A DNA stretch of 62,708 nt, the filler included, from Choristocarpus tenellus KU-1152 (Eukaryota; Protista; Phaeophyceae), in NCBI GenBank assembly GCA_964200185.2. It is 11 parts of 11 records of this genome, joined end to end, with 100 filler letters (N's around TTAATTAATTAA, not from the genome) between each part and the next. Parts side by side here need not be neighbours in the genome. Positions count along the whole stretch, not along the records: positions 1 to 5,154 come from CAXNAD020011689.1; positions 5,255 to 9,216 come from CAXNAD020016910.1; positions 9,317 to 12,463 come from CAXNAD020021983.1; positions 12,564 to 19,602 come from CAXNAD020006805.1; 7 more parts are not named here. One strand, written 5' to 3'. The position numbers and the translations under genes were made by a program. The notes beneath the pieces were generated by a model. That model was not told the origin of the DNA. It was given only the letters and a program-made list of their open reading frames with translations, and searched no databases. Within the stretch, counting starts at the first letter, position 1, and every line of letters starts with the position of its first letter. This document shows, in pieces, positions 1 through 13,070 of the stretch.

Positions 1-289
1 CAAAAAAGTGAAAATCGAAAAAAGGGTGAAAAACGGACGCCGACACACTTCTCCCAGATACTTTGAACTGTTGCCTGACAGGACAAGGTTAAGGTTGGAC
101 AAGTACAACAAAACTACGAACACTTGGAAGAAATTGCGGAGTAATGAGAATCTCATGAGAGGATATCATCACATATCACAATAATCAAGACGTCACAACA
201 AAGAGGATCTTTGATATGTGTGACGTGTAGAATTGAAGAGATCTACACTACTTCTAAGAGATATGATCTCGCTTGAAAGATTCCACTGC

Positions 290-1300
290 TTAATTACTAC
301 TTCTACTAATATATATTATTTATATATTTTAGATTATGTAGATGTGTCACGACAAAAAACAAAGAAAACCCAATTCAATATCAGAACCCCTGAATAATGC
401 GAAAGTAATCTCTTCAAAATATATATATATTTCATTTGACTAATACCACTCCCCTCTTATGCTTCCAATCTAGGGTAGTCCTACACCCCATGGCGAGGAG
501 CTAGGGAAGCATTCCAAGATCTGACAGGTCTCTCCTTGTCCATCTTCCTGGTGCCTCCGGCTTTAAATGCATGACACGTCTTGATAGAGCTACTTGCGAC
601 GGACAGTATATGTCGCTAAAAAAAAATGGATACCTCCTTTCCAGCTGTAACCTTCTGTCCCTCTCCCCTATACTGCTTGCGTAGTCAACTCATCCAGGAA
701 AATTTCTGCTTGGTTACCGAGGCACCAAAAACCTTCCACCACGAAGTTGTTAAGGTTATAACTACAAGAGCGAAAAGAACCCTTGTAGTGGGTGCGCCTC
801 CGTGTCTCAGCCGCAGCAACAGCTACACCATTTGCTGGTGGTGGATGAGTGTGGTAGATAGGAGGCTACTTGTACGTTTGCAAACGTAACATCCAGGAGG
901 ATGCCTTTTTCCCATACGGGAGCTGATCCGGTGTTCGCAAGTGTCGCAGCATAAAAGACAACATCCAGTTAGAAAATGTTGTCCATTGTGAATTGGCCTA
1001 CCATCGTCCATAGTGCAAGGGATGCTCATTCCTTAGCAGAGTTGGCCTAGACGCTTCGCCATGGTTGTGTGTTGGTGGACCTGCCTCCCTGCACTAGGAC
1101 AGGTACGATGAGCATTTCTAGCCTCAGTTCTCCGAGGCCTATCCAGGGGGGTACTGTTACAGGCGAATAGTACAAGCACTTCTTCTCATGTCTTAGCAAA
1201 CACGAGCATCTGTTACAGGCGAGTAGTGCAAGCATTGCCTCTCTTGTTCTAACAAGCGCGAGCAGTATACGAGATTAGTAGCACATAGGTAGCCTCACAG
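290..1300 (-). mobile_element. Decayed 3' part of a CRE-like non-LTR retrotransposon (restriction-like endonuclease region plus 3' UTR)
   Basis: Minus-strand translation GVAVAAAETRRRTHYKGSF..NFVVEGFWCLGNQAENFLDEL fits the RLE C-terminus. It is homologous by eye to 5690-6030, 20150-20460 and 23590-24165, and to 22430-23580 in reverse. Confidence 0.7.
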
Positions 1301-1399
1301 AATAAATGCTGATTTCCTAGAAGATACGGAGTAAGATTCGTAATGCATACGTAACATTACAGAAGAAAAAGTCAAAGTTCCTAAGAAGTTGCAGAATAA

Positions 1400-1830
1400 A
1401 GGTTTATCATTGGAGAGTACGTATACAGCAGTTGCATAGAAGACCAAAGAAATCGAGTGGATGATGAAAATAATTAAAAGGGCTTTTGGTCAAAACCATC
1501 ACTCCTCTTAAAATAGTCTTGATCTTGAACAAAACATTGAGTCGAGCTTTGAGCTACCCACTGAGTGGGAGTATCAAGAGAAGTCTGTCTGAAACCTAAC
1601 AAACTGTTACCAAGGGCAACGTCTCCATAGCGTATTTTAAGGTAGTTGGATTTGAGTTACACATCCTGTGGAGGTGAGTTCTGGAGCGTGCTTCTGTAAC
1701 AGTATAGCTAGACTTATGTCTGGTTGCACATTGCGAGACGTAGTGGAGGCAGGGAGCGCACTTGCTCAGTACTGAGATACTCCCTTCTATGTAGACTAAG
1801 CTAAAAGGAGACATTTTACATTGCACAATA
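1400..1830 (-). mobile_element. Possible copia pol remnant (protease / GAG-pre-integrase / start of integrase)
   Basis: Degenerate motifs in copia order: LHYVSQC, THLHRMCNSNPTTLK, TKSPFNYFHHPLDFFG. Many stops. Confidence 0.4.
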
Positions 1831-2398
1831 GAAATGGGTAACCCTTATTGTACCTAATTTGCTGATGATTTTTCACCTTTTATTGATTTCGTAATTTGAG
1901 CGGTACTGGTAAAGGTGAGAGTTTATGAAGTAACCTGAGTTTTGTGGGTGGAAGAGTTCTGGTTAGCTCGGAGCACAGGACAAGCCTGGGCAAGGGAAAG
2001 AAAAAGAAGGAAGCAGGAAGAGAACGAATGGTTAAGGAAGGGAAATGAGTGGTAGAAAAAAGGGGGAAACAGCATTCAGTGATTGATAAAGGGAAGAGAA
2101 CCAGGAGTACAGAACGAGGAGGGGAGACCGAGGCAACCTCCGAGCAAGCAAGCAATTATGACCCTCGTTCACTCCAGTGACTAAAGGATGCCAATCTTGA
2201 AGTTCTGGCAGTAGATTGCATGCTATACTGCCTCACTTGAGAAGTAGTCATCCTCTGCTTTCACAAGGATCTCTCTTTTGTTGTTTAACCTATGGACCGG
2301 AGTAGTTTTGTTTAATTCGTGTCCTTACATCACCTAGAGATTCCATCAGTCAACGCATTCTTCTCTCTTGGTGGTCTGTGTCCTGTCATCAACCCAAA

Positions 2399-2657
2399 GA
2401 GTGAAACTATCTTAGAGGGTACGAGTTTTGCCCTGTTTGTCCATTTGGGGCCTGGCTTCCTATGGGATTTTTTACGACATTTTCCTACTCCAAAATGTAT
2501 CGGAGTAGGTAAAATTTATATGTAATGAAAAGGTGTGTCCGGAACAAGAATATTGACACTTCCTGACAAGCGCGATAACCGAAATTACATCAAAATCGCA
2601 ACATTGGATTTTGGTCCCCAAATGGACGCGGCCCTATCCTCTAAGATACTTTGGCTC
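2399..2657. mobile_element. MITE family B copy (about 255-270 bp)
   Basis: TIR GAGTGAAACTATCTTAGAGGG...TCCTCTAAGATACTTTGGCTC. Eight copies are visible in the window. Confidence 0.9.
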
Positions 2658-2659
2658 AA

Positions 2660-3240
2660 ACCCACTTCTTCTTTATCCTTAGAACTCCCATACTACAACA
2701 CCGGCCTCATCTACAATCTTCCCCCATACTGACAAACGTTCCCTTGGCCCCCCTGCTGTAGGCCTTTCCCCTCTGACCCCCTTCTCCTCCTAGTTTGTCC
2801 AGTCGATCCCCATTTCCGCGGTGCAAGTGCAACAGGTACACCAGCGGCCGAAAGAAAAGGCCTAGAGCAGACCTCAAAGGACCTGTTAACCAGTTTCTCC
2901 ATAACCACTCACATACCTCTCCAAAACAATCCCCCTACACCAGGTAGCCTCTAGTGTAGTATCCGTGGGCAAGGAGTTTCACACAGTCTGAGTATCCTGT
3001 GCCCTTGCTATTGGGTTATACGACTCTGCAGTATGCCTTCCACAAGCCTTGCACCTCGACGTCCCTGGCTACAGACGTACTCATTTGTATGCTCAAACCT
3101 TGGCAAGTCCATCTTCTGTAGGTATTCCACGGATTTGACATATAATATCCCCCAAGTCTGTCTTGCTTGTGGCTTTTTCTACACTTGTAACTACTTCATA
3201 TGCAGGTACCTCTGTGTATGACATGGGTTAGAAACCGTAG
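2660..3240 (-). mobile_element. CRE-like LINE remnant (zinc-knuckle region)
   Basis: Minus-strand RCKACGRH followed by a degenerate RLE-like tail. Confidence 0.4.
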
Positions 3241-4289
3241 TATCGAATACTTGGAGGGGTGGGCTGGTTTGACCAAGCATTATCCAAATTCTCTCCCCCC
3301 CCTCACCATAATTCTGGTGTGTAAGTTAATAGATTTATCTGACTTTGTACGTTTCTTGGATATCACCTACAAGTCACCACCTTCATCCTGATATGTTGTG
3401 TGGTATACTGATGAGGGAGGTCAATACCATACTTAGTGACATGCCTCCTACCACCTTCTCCATTTCCACTCCTTCCTGATGTACTTGATAATCATCATAA
3501 ACCCTAACCCTATTCACATGTTCAGTGCGGCCTAAGCACAAAATCATAGAACAGATTAAATGAATTTCCATAACCGTGATCACGGAGATGGCACCCTCTC
3601 TCCCGAAAAACTGCAATTAATGTGCGTAACTAGCTTATTCCTCAAATCCTCAAATCCTCAAATCCACGCTCCACGTCTGGGACTTGCTCAGACCCCGAGC
3701 CAACCAGCCTCCTTCCTGATCTTCCCACACCACTGTGATCTATGACCGGGTAACAGTAGTAGGCACCGTGTATACCATCACGACCCATCCAGTCCACACC
3801 ATACTCCTGTGTGCCAAGACCATATAAGCATGAAGCACGTTCCACAGTATAGAGCATGTGAAAATGTGATCGATTGTTTCCCACGCGTTATCAGTATAGC
3901 ATTGGAAGCTTCAGGGTCCTGAACCTGACCCTTAATTTTTCCCGAAGTAGCACTCCTCATCTTCGTGCTCACTTTCCAGCTGGTTACTCCACTTCAGCTG
4001 AGGTTGGGGGTTGAGCTTGCCTTGAAGGGGCACATCAAACTTCTCCACTCTACACACAATAGAAAACGAGGCACAATATACAGCTATTCCAATACTATAT
4101 TGTATTGCCTAAATATCAATAAAGCACATGTGCTGGGTTGGGTTGGAACGAAGGTGGATAAATGTAATGACAAATGGCAAGGGACCCATTATTCGTGAGA
4201 AGGAGAGGTGGTGTCCCAGTCGTAATCCAATGTATGACAAAGCCAGATGGACTTCATGCAAGACATCAGTACTTACTACTACGCACCTT

Positions 4290-4760
4290 ATGATACTCAC
4301 TGCCAACGATGAGATGGGCACCTTTCTCAGTGAACTCAATTCCCTGTGAAATTCACCAAAACGTACTCCATTTCAGTATATCTCTCATAACATTTCTCTT
4401 TGTTACAACATCGATCAAAGTGAATGATTGCCTTGTCATTCTTAGCTCCGGCAAACCTTCCTGTCACCACCATAGCACATCCACTGTGGTCCACAGTGAC
4501 CTGGTATGCACTACTCCAACTACCCTCTTTACCTCTGTAATATGTAGCGAGTGTAGTAGGCGCGTTTCAAATGTGGGCCACATCAGTGGACTCCACACAG
4601 CGCCCCAAAACCCCAACTTGGCGAAGATATCTGTAATCGTCTTCAAGTCGTCATCTACGGGGTGAAGATCTAGGTGTGATTTAATTCCTTCCCAAAGCTC
4701 TGGCTGAAAGTGGAAGAATTCTTGACCTGTGTTCCTCACAATGCCAGAGGATGTCTGCAC
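4290..4760 (-). pseudogene. PIF/Harbinger DDE transposase remnant
   Basis: FAKLGFWGAV/(frameshift)ESTDVAHI*NAPTTLATYYRGKEGSWSSAYQVTVDHSGCAMVVTGRFAGAKNDKAIIHFD...GAHLIVGSEYHK matches the Harbinger catalytic core (GFPGxxGSxDxTHI, GKEG, VTVDH, GxxND, LIxDxGYH). Confidence 0.85.
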
Positions 4761-5154
4761 ATCACCTAAACAGCTCCCTCTACCAAGGATTTGCAGGACT
4801 ACAAGAACCTAGGTAGGTATATAGAGAATCTGGTTGGAGGAATGGCAGCAACGCTGAAGAAATTTAATATTCCCCCAAATAGCAACTGTGGGGTTTTGAG
4901 TCAACCGAAAAAAGGTGGAGCAAGTCCGCGACCATTGAAACACGGAAGAGAAGACCAATGCACCCATACTCCTTGCAAACCTTATCGGAAGAGAATCTTC
5001 CTCCTCCCATAAGTCAGTGATTGGTTTGAGCACCGTCACCCACTCCGACACAGATAAGGGACAAATCACTCATCTGTAGGTCCATGGGTATCACCTGGCA
5101 TTTCATTGTATCTTTGCAACCTTCCTGACTAAACGGGTCAAAGTATCTGGGGGG

Positions 5155-5254
5155 NNNNNNNNNNNNNNNNNNNNNNNNNNNNNNNNNNNNNNNNNNNNTT
5201 AATTAATTAANNNNNNNNNNNNNNNNNNNNNNNNNNNNNNNNNNNNNNNNNNNN
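5155..5254. other. Artificial contig-join spacer; same spacer at 9217-9316, 12464-12563, 19603-19702, 36673-36772, 42282-42381, 47049-47148, 52931-53030, 56790-56889, 59561-59660
   Basis: Ten identical 100-nt N44-TTAATTAATTAA-N44 blocks with stops in all six frames. Confidence 0.98.
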
Positions 5255-5689
5255 GTCTCCTCACTATTGAGCACACCCCTTACATATACGGATGACTTGA
5301 CCAACAAACTGAAAATTTCTTCCACCTTCCCAAATATTTCTCACGTTTGGAACAATGACACCACAAAACAGGAAATATTCTTGTCGTGAAATTTCTTCGA
5401 TATTGACGATAACTCCCATATAATTATTAACGTTGAAAAATTCCACCACAAAACAGGATATATTCTTGTGAAAGTTCTTCGATATTGACCATACTACATT
5501 TTTTTTTCTTTCTTTCAGTACTTTTACTGCAGGTTGGATGGACATAGTAGTGTTGATTGCTGATCAAAGAAAAAGCCAAACCAATATCACCAAGACCCCT
5601 AAAAACAACAATTGTTAAAATGTCAAAATTATCAAAAATCTATTTACTATTTCAACATTAGGTATCTCCCTTCAAGATTGGAAGTTACA

Positions 5690-6030
5690 GTACCATGTGT
5701 ACATTACTGTTGTTATGACTCCAACCTAGCTTTGCCCTACACAACTGGGCGAGGAGCTAGCTAGGGAGGCATCCCAAGAATCTGACAGGCCTCTCCTTGC
5801 CCATCTCCCTGTTGTCTCAAGCTTGAAACTCATGACACGTCTCAAGAGAGTCACTTGTTGTGTAGTGGCAAATACTGTATGTCATAAGCAATATTTGACA
5901 TTCCCTTTCCTGCTATAACCTCCCGTCCATGTCCCCCACACTCCATATATATCCAACTCACCCAGGAAACTTTCCTACTTACCGAGGCACCAAACACTTT
6001 CCACCAACAAGGTGTTAAGGTTACAACAAT
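5690..6030 (-). mobile_element. CRE-like LINE 3' fragment
   Basis: Colinear with 460-760 (ccaacctagc...gggcgaggagctaggga.gcatcccaag.tctgacagg). Confidence 0.75.
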
Positions 6031-7199
6031 AGTATCTTGATCCCTGGAATCAGTAGATAATCCTCAATATACAAACTCATTATGTGTACACATGAGTTTA
6101 CTCAGAGTGAGTTAGGCTCAGGTCTCTCTTAGAAGGGATAACAGTGGTGTATGCTTTTAATCCTATATTTGATTGGTAACGCCCCCACCTACACTACGAA
6201 TTCACTCTGCAATTAGTGTACCTCTACACACAATCGGGTGGGATATAGACTGAGTTAATACATCCACAAGTTTCTTCACAAGGTAGCCAGACTTGACACA
6301 CAGAGCATGCATCATTTCCTTTGAAAGTACTTGATTACACCACACCACACCACACCGCAATTTTCAACCTACATCTACTATGCAGAGCATTTCACAAGAT
6401 TTTCATCACACTGACTTCACCAGTGCTTTAGAAAAATTCCTTTGATAATTTTTGCTGCAGCCTTGCCACACCTGCATGCGGTAAAGCTAGTTGAGGATCA
6501 TATTGCATTCAAGCATACAATATCATATGCAAGCTTCGCCCGTCCTGGAAAATGATTGGAATATATCTATGATGGACACCATGTAGACCTTTTTTTATGA
6601 TGTTATGATCCAGCCTGCAATGTACTTTGTTTGAAGAGAATCCCCTCACCAAAGAATCAAGCACCACTGATTAACAATTTTTTCTCATCTTTGATGCACA
6701 CTGGTATATTGGTGGGACTTACAATACGTGCAGTCCTTGAAATTGTTCAACTGTGAAGTGGACAGCATGGGTCACCGATACTGACATCTTGAACTATTGA
6801 ATGGTATGGGATATGGTACTGTTGGGAGTCATCTGAAGAATTTGGCGGTAGAAAAATCAACACTTTGTTGCAAGAAATGGTGTATTTTGTGGAGTTGAAA
6901 CTGGTCCGAAGGAATGAGAAAAAGCAAGAATGGGCTTGCCACTTGTCCACAGTATTGTATTAATATAGCTTTCTCTTTGACAGCGCCTGCTGCAGCGTTT
7001 CGTGCACTCCCTACCTTAGAATGACTCCTGAGCACGTTGAAATGTTAGCATCCCACCAATAAAGATTGTCCACCAACCATCTACTCGTCCTTGAAGCTAG
7101 AGAAGGAGAGGTTTAACATTGTTGCAAAGAGGTCTGTCCTGAAGTCCTTGGGTCTGGATGCATGTAAGGGGTCTTCAAAATCGTCTCCAAGTGCCTCGT

Positions 7200-7830
7200 G
7201 CACTCAGTACTCTTGCCCCATAGAGACTCCCTGTCCTACAGCCTCCCCTGTCGTTGGGCAAGTCAACACCCTTGAACTTGGGATTTGTTTCCTACTGTGG
7301 CCCAGCCCTTGACGACCCTGCCCCGTAGTATTTATAGAGGGTTGAAGAGTCGAGAGGGCAAGAAATCAAGAAAAGGCGTTAGTATTGTGTCCTTTGAGGT
7401 ACTTACCAGGTTAGTATACCAACCCATCATGAGGTACATTATCCATCTGATGAGTTGGGTGAATCTCTTCACTACTGCCAGCACCTGCATCAAAGGACGA
7501 CGATATGTCCTCAGCAAGCGCAGACGAGTTTAAGATGTGGCGAGACTGCCTAGCCCTTGCATTTTCCACACAATTTATGCGTTGACCCTTGCAGATGTGG
7601 GGTGTCCACACAATTGTCGGTTGAGTAAGAACGTATAGTCTCACCTGCCTCACTGTTACGTGGGCTTTGTAGGGATGGATGTTCCTATACAGCGCACCAT
7701 ACACTACACCAGGGTGATTTTGTCCACATAGTCTGTGAACCTCCCAACCCTCTCCCCTACAGACTACAACACCACCTACAACTGACAGGGGAGCTGGAGG
7801 TGTGTAAAACTTTGTTGCAGTCCAGGTAGG
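7200..7830 (-). mobile_element. Divergent CRE-like LINE remnant
   Basis: Weak nucleotide similarity to the RLE segment of the other copies around 7420-7520. Confidence 0.35.
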
Positions 7831-9316
7831 TGTCTATAAAGGGGAAGTAAGGGTAAGGGTATAATTATCTGCCAGGTAATTTTCTGCTGCGCGAGGTTGG
7901 ACATGGATGTAGGACATCGATCTAACCCGATCCCTTCATTCAATCTCAACATCAATGGAATCCATGAACGAAATCACTTGAAAAAGAACGACATACCCTC
8001 TAATAGCCCTTATAACATCCCTAGGAGTTCGACGACCTCGACCGCACAGACTTCTATGATCGGACATGAAATTGAGCAACACCACTACAAGTTCGGTCAA
8101 TGTTGACGTTGTGGATGGAGGGATCGGTGTGGTTACTGTTTACGACGTTCTCTACTACAAGCAAACACCCCTTTTTCTGACCTTGAACACCTACTTTGAC
8201 CAACGGTAATAATGTCAATCTTTTTGACCAAGGACAATACATCATATCATTGATCTGCATCCATCTCCCTCCAAAAAAGGCTCTCAGATCCTAGCAATGG
8301 ATACACATTCTCCAACAGGAAAAAAGATTGATATGGATATGCATTCTTGGTAGGAAATTGATCGTCATTTATTACACAAAACTATTTTGCCGAGTGTTAA
8401 CTCACTACTCCTAATTGTGAAATTCTATATTTGTTCCTTCTTATCAGTAAGAATTTTAATTAAAAAAGAACAGGTTCCTTCACGTCTATGTGTGAATCTC
8501 CACTCACATCATCGCAAATTCCTCCTCCCCTGCACAGATTTCTAGAAATATAAATATACCCATCATTTACTACCTACAAAAATATTCTGATGAAGATTGG
8601 ATGTGAGCGATTGGGTCAACCATACAAAGAAAGGGGGTTTGGTTCCTTGTTGACGGGTTGGTTGGTTTTCGAATGTTGGTTTTCATATGGACGATGAGGT
8701 ACTTCCAAGATATTGATGTATATGGACGTTAATGGAAAACGAAAGGAAGGTGGACAGAAGGAGAAGAATAGTCTCTGGACATAGGCACTGCTGAGGAGCT
8801 GATCTCTCGCCTTCCGTCCTAGCATCTGGAGGGTAGCTCGATTGGATGGAAGCTTTGCATCCCGCACTTCTTCAAAAAGCGAAAGAGGATTTTCATTGAC
8901 CTTTTATAAGTAGCATGGAGATGAAAATGGGGCATGTCAGCGAGAGTTTGCGACGCTGTTCTTCACGGAACGCAGACTAGGAAAGAGCAATTCGCTCCAT
9001 ACATCAATTCAACATCAAGATCAAAAACTTAAAGACCACAGTCGCACAGCTAAAAAACCGCACGATACAAAAGTACTTCAGACTCACCTCGGGAAACCTG
9101 GTCCCTTTGAGAGACTTTGCTTTCCCCGCCCCCAGTCACGAATGGAGTTGCTCCATGATTTTCTCTTTGGCTCAAAGTATCTGGGAGGGGGTGACGGCTG
9201 TCCATTTGGGGTCAATNNNNNNNNNNNNNNNNNNNNNNNNNNNNNNNNNNNNNNNNNNNNTTAATTAATTAANNNNNNNNNNNNNNNNNNNNNNNNNNNN
9301 NNNNNNNNNNNNNNNN

Positions 9317-11277
9317 CCAACAACAACTTTCGCCTCCTCCCATTGACCCCTGCCCACACCCCGTCCCCCCGGCCTCTCCCCTTTCAAGATGGCAGAAGTA
9401 GCAAGACTCCCCTCAAGTCCTAACCTTCTCGGAAGAGAGGAGGTAGGCCTTGGGGAAGGGGAAGCGGCAGAGGGGCAAAGACCAGACTGCATTTCTGGTG
9501 GGGCAGCGTGAGCAGCACGGACAAGAGAGCAAGGGACCCCGAGGAACTTAGTGAACCACAAAGAGGCTGCCGGCACACATTGGATGCCTTTCCGGTGATG
9601 CCCACAGACCCGTACTGTCGTCACTGCTTCGCCTCCTTTGCCCAGCTCCCCTGCTCCAATCTCACCAAAACTGTTGCTGCACATAGAGGACCCCCTTGAC
9701 TCCAAACACTTCCACCTCTGCCCTGCTGGATCAGCGATGTCCGCAGCTGTTGCAGGTGCTGCTGACTTGCTGCTGTTGCTTTCTTGTCCCCAATGAAGTG
9801 GGAGGGTGAGGTCCGGCATGTCAGGGGCGGAGATGGTGAGAGTTTGGGTGGCAGGGTCGGCGTGGGGGCGGATCTTGCACATTCTTGGAACCTGAGATGC
9901 AGGTACAAGTTTGTTTCGAGATTGACTTTGGGACTTCAGCGAAGGGGGATTGGGAACAGGGACTAGGCAAGGGCAGAAAGGGTGGTGTGGTAGAGGTGAC
10001 CAAAGAATGGGCAGTGGGGAAGGAGACTAGAATGATGCCATGAACAGTACTGTGCTAGCCATCACACTCTGAACGTTTTTGTAGCATCTTCTCACAGCTA
10101 GACAACAAGCAGTGTCCTCAACCTCAACCCAGAAGGTTCCACAGACAAGACAAAAGCTTTTTCGGTCCTTAAACAGGGAACATACATCACAGCCACTCAA
10201 GGCATTGCTCTTGCAACCCTGAGTGTTGAGGCGACCCCAGGACTATCTATATAATGGAGTACTATAACATACCTTGATATTCTGTACCACCAGAGATGTA
10301 CTCCTTACCCCATCCAACTACAAACCCATACCACACCATAGTAGCAAAGTCAACGGGAGCTTGAAGAGGCAACACCGTAATACACACTGGCACACTCCTA
10401 CACAAAACCAGACACATAACACACCGGTGAACACATCCCCCCTGCTCCCCCCCCAAAAAATCGCCCAGCTTTGCCCCCCCCCACCAACCTCATGTGTGGG
10501 CAATTTCCCAGAAACTCAACACCCATCCAACTACAGGGACAAGGCAAGCGTAGGGGAGAGGGGCGGGAAGATGAGGAAACAGGAAAACAGAGCTTAGCCT
10601 ACCAACTACAATACTGTTTCACATCATTGCACACAGGCAGAAATCCTTTTGCAAGTTGCCTGGCAGGAATAACCGCCAGGTGGAAGGAGGAGGGGAAGGG
10701 GGGTGAGCACACCTGCCTAAGGCGAAGGGCTCGATTTAGACTGTCCACAACGGCCCATTCCCTGTCGTATGCCAGCCCCAGTGAACCCAGCGGCCATCCC
10801 CTTTCCTTCCCAACTCGCTGTGGAGCACAGGACTTGATGGGGTATACATACAAGCTCTCCAGTCGACAACTAGCCTGTCTGTTCCCTGGTGAAGGAGTCT
10901 CACTAGGCCCCAGCACACCAATACTCCTGCCAAGGTTTACAACCTTCTCCACCTGAAAGTTATCCTGGCAGATGAGTGACGACGGAGCAATCCACTTATC
11001 CCCCATACCAGGGTATTAGATGGGGGAACGTTGGAATGAAATGCAGGATGGGGATGGGGGAGGGGTGTGAAACAGTTAACTGGGGTATTCAAATTGGTGA
11101 GAGGATGGACCATAATATTGCTGTCCAAAAGCTACCCTTAGCTCCTTCCTCCTACCTATCCCATAACTCACCCTAACCTAGCCCTCACCCAAACTCAATG
11201 TCACTGCACTTTACATCAAAGGATAAGCATGAGGGACAGCACCAATGTATAAAACTGGACCAGTCTCAACAATTTCT

Positions 11278-11322
<45 letters not shown>

Positions 11323-12463
11323 GAAAGGCTCAGCCATGAGAGGGTCAGACACCACAAATCGGGACTCCACAAAATCCACAAAGGCCTCTGTGTCCTCCCA
11401 TGTTGACATCCATCCAAGCGATACCCGCACAAGGCCAGTTGGCTGGCCATTCACCAAATCATGGCTGTCCCAGCATACATGGCCCCTTCATATACCCAAT
11501 TTTCCAACATGCGATCAACCAGGGGGTAAGAATGGGTAGGGTCAAAGGTGGGAGTGGAATCAGCAGACAAATCACTCTGCAAAACAAATGATCAGAATAT
11601 TTTGAATTAAGCTGAAATTAAAATTTGGAAGAAGGAGCCACGATTTCAGAAGACACACACACTAACACACATACCACAGACAGCTAGCTACTCAGGGCTC
11701 TGGATCACGGACACCAGATTTGGAGTATCAGAGTGACGTAAGAAAAGTTAGCAAAAGCCTCACTCCACTAGCCTCATTCTCAGCCTGAAGAGCAAACAAT
11801 TTGTCAAGGGGATGCAACAGTGACTTCATGTATCAGCTTCAAGATACTCTGCCCGATGGCTGACTGAAGGAGGATTCCTCACCTCCTCAGGCCTTCTCAT
11901 CTACAGCATACATCTGTGGGCTCATTGATGTGACCATATGTACCACAATCTGTTTCTTCCTTGCTTCCAAGACTCCACTACACTACTGTTGTTGAAGTTC
12001 CTCTATCGATTGGTTCTACCTAGTCGTAACCCTACCCCTCTCCCTCAGACACAAGCATATCATTGAAAACTTCAAAGGTGAGCACTAAACCCAACTCGAT
12101 TCTATCTCTACTCTCTCAGGAAACAGTCGATGCACACATGCTTGAGTAGCTTTCACAAAAATAAATAAATAAATTAACCCTTACAAAAGTGCATCCGCAA
12201 TCTGCTGAAACTCATCAAAAACCTGAGAAACTTAAGTTAGTGCAGACCAGCTTGCAAAATGTACCTCTCAAAATTATCGCGAATCTCTTCGTCACTCAGC
12301 CCCAGAGCTGCCTGACATGCCCCTGGATTGCAAAAGCATCCTGTTCGCAGCTGGATATCTTCCAAACCAGCCAACTTCTCCACCTCCGCATAACCAACAT
12401 GTTCACCACCTGGTCGGAGGATGCTCAGGGCCACCACAGGACCCTGCCCTCCTCCCCCCCCCC
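9317..12463 (-). CDS. MOCOS: Molybdenum cofactor sulfurase (ABA3/MOCOS), internal part; exons ~12463-12265, 11485-11320, 10952-10713, 9891-9317
   Basis: [112 protein letters not shown]. The GT-AG junctions join in frame (phases 2,0,0). Confidence 0.95.
11282..11319. repeat. (CA)n microsatellite; reads (GT)n starting at the MOCOS donor site on the sense strand
   Basis: Seen directly. Confidence 0.95.
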
Positions 12464-12825
12464 NNNNNNNNNNNNNNNNNNNNNNNNNNNNNNNNNNNNN
12501 NNNNNNNTTAATTAATTAANNNNNNNNNNNNNNNNNNNNNNNNNNNNNNNNNNNNNNNNNNNNTCCGGCAAGATACTGTGAGGCTGTCAGGGCACTCAAT
12601 ATCATCTGGGAAAAGGGTTTCATCGTGGATGGCTCCGAGTCGGACAAGGTGACTAACTCTTTGCAATACTCATTCATCAAGTATATTTGCTCCGACGGGC
12701 ATGAGCAAAACATCATACGCAAATTTCTTTTGTCCATAATCAAGAGGTGGGGTTGAGCTCGATGCTGCTGAAAGTCCTTCACTAACTACCTTGTCCTGAC
12801 TGAGTCCATGATTGAGGTTCTTACT

Positions 12826-13070
12826 GAGTGAAAGTATCTTAGAGGGTACGAGTTTTGCCCTGTTTGTCCATTTGGGGCTTGGCTTCCCATATATATTTTT
12901 TTATGACATTTTCCTACTACAAAATATTTCGGAGTAGGTAAAATGTATACGTTATGAAAATGTGTGTGTCCGGAACAAGGATGTTGACACTTTCTAACTA
13001 ACTTAATAGTCAAAATTACATCCCCAAATCATACAATGGGTTTTGATCCCCAAATGGACGTGGTCCTACC
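12826..13070. mobile_element. MITE family B copy, one end truncated
   Basis: Starts GAGTGAAAGTATCTTAGAGGGTAC and is colinear with 2399-2657. Confidence 0.85.

Noticed and set aside
5155-5254. Regularly recurring TTAATTAATTAA flanked by N runs
   Set aside because: Assembly or concatenation linker, identical ten times; not biological.
6400-6620. hAT dimerisation-domain remnant (HFPGRAKLAYDIVCL, minus strand)
   Set aside because: One short degenerate motif only; not enough support.
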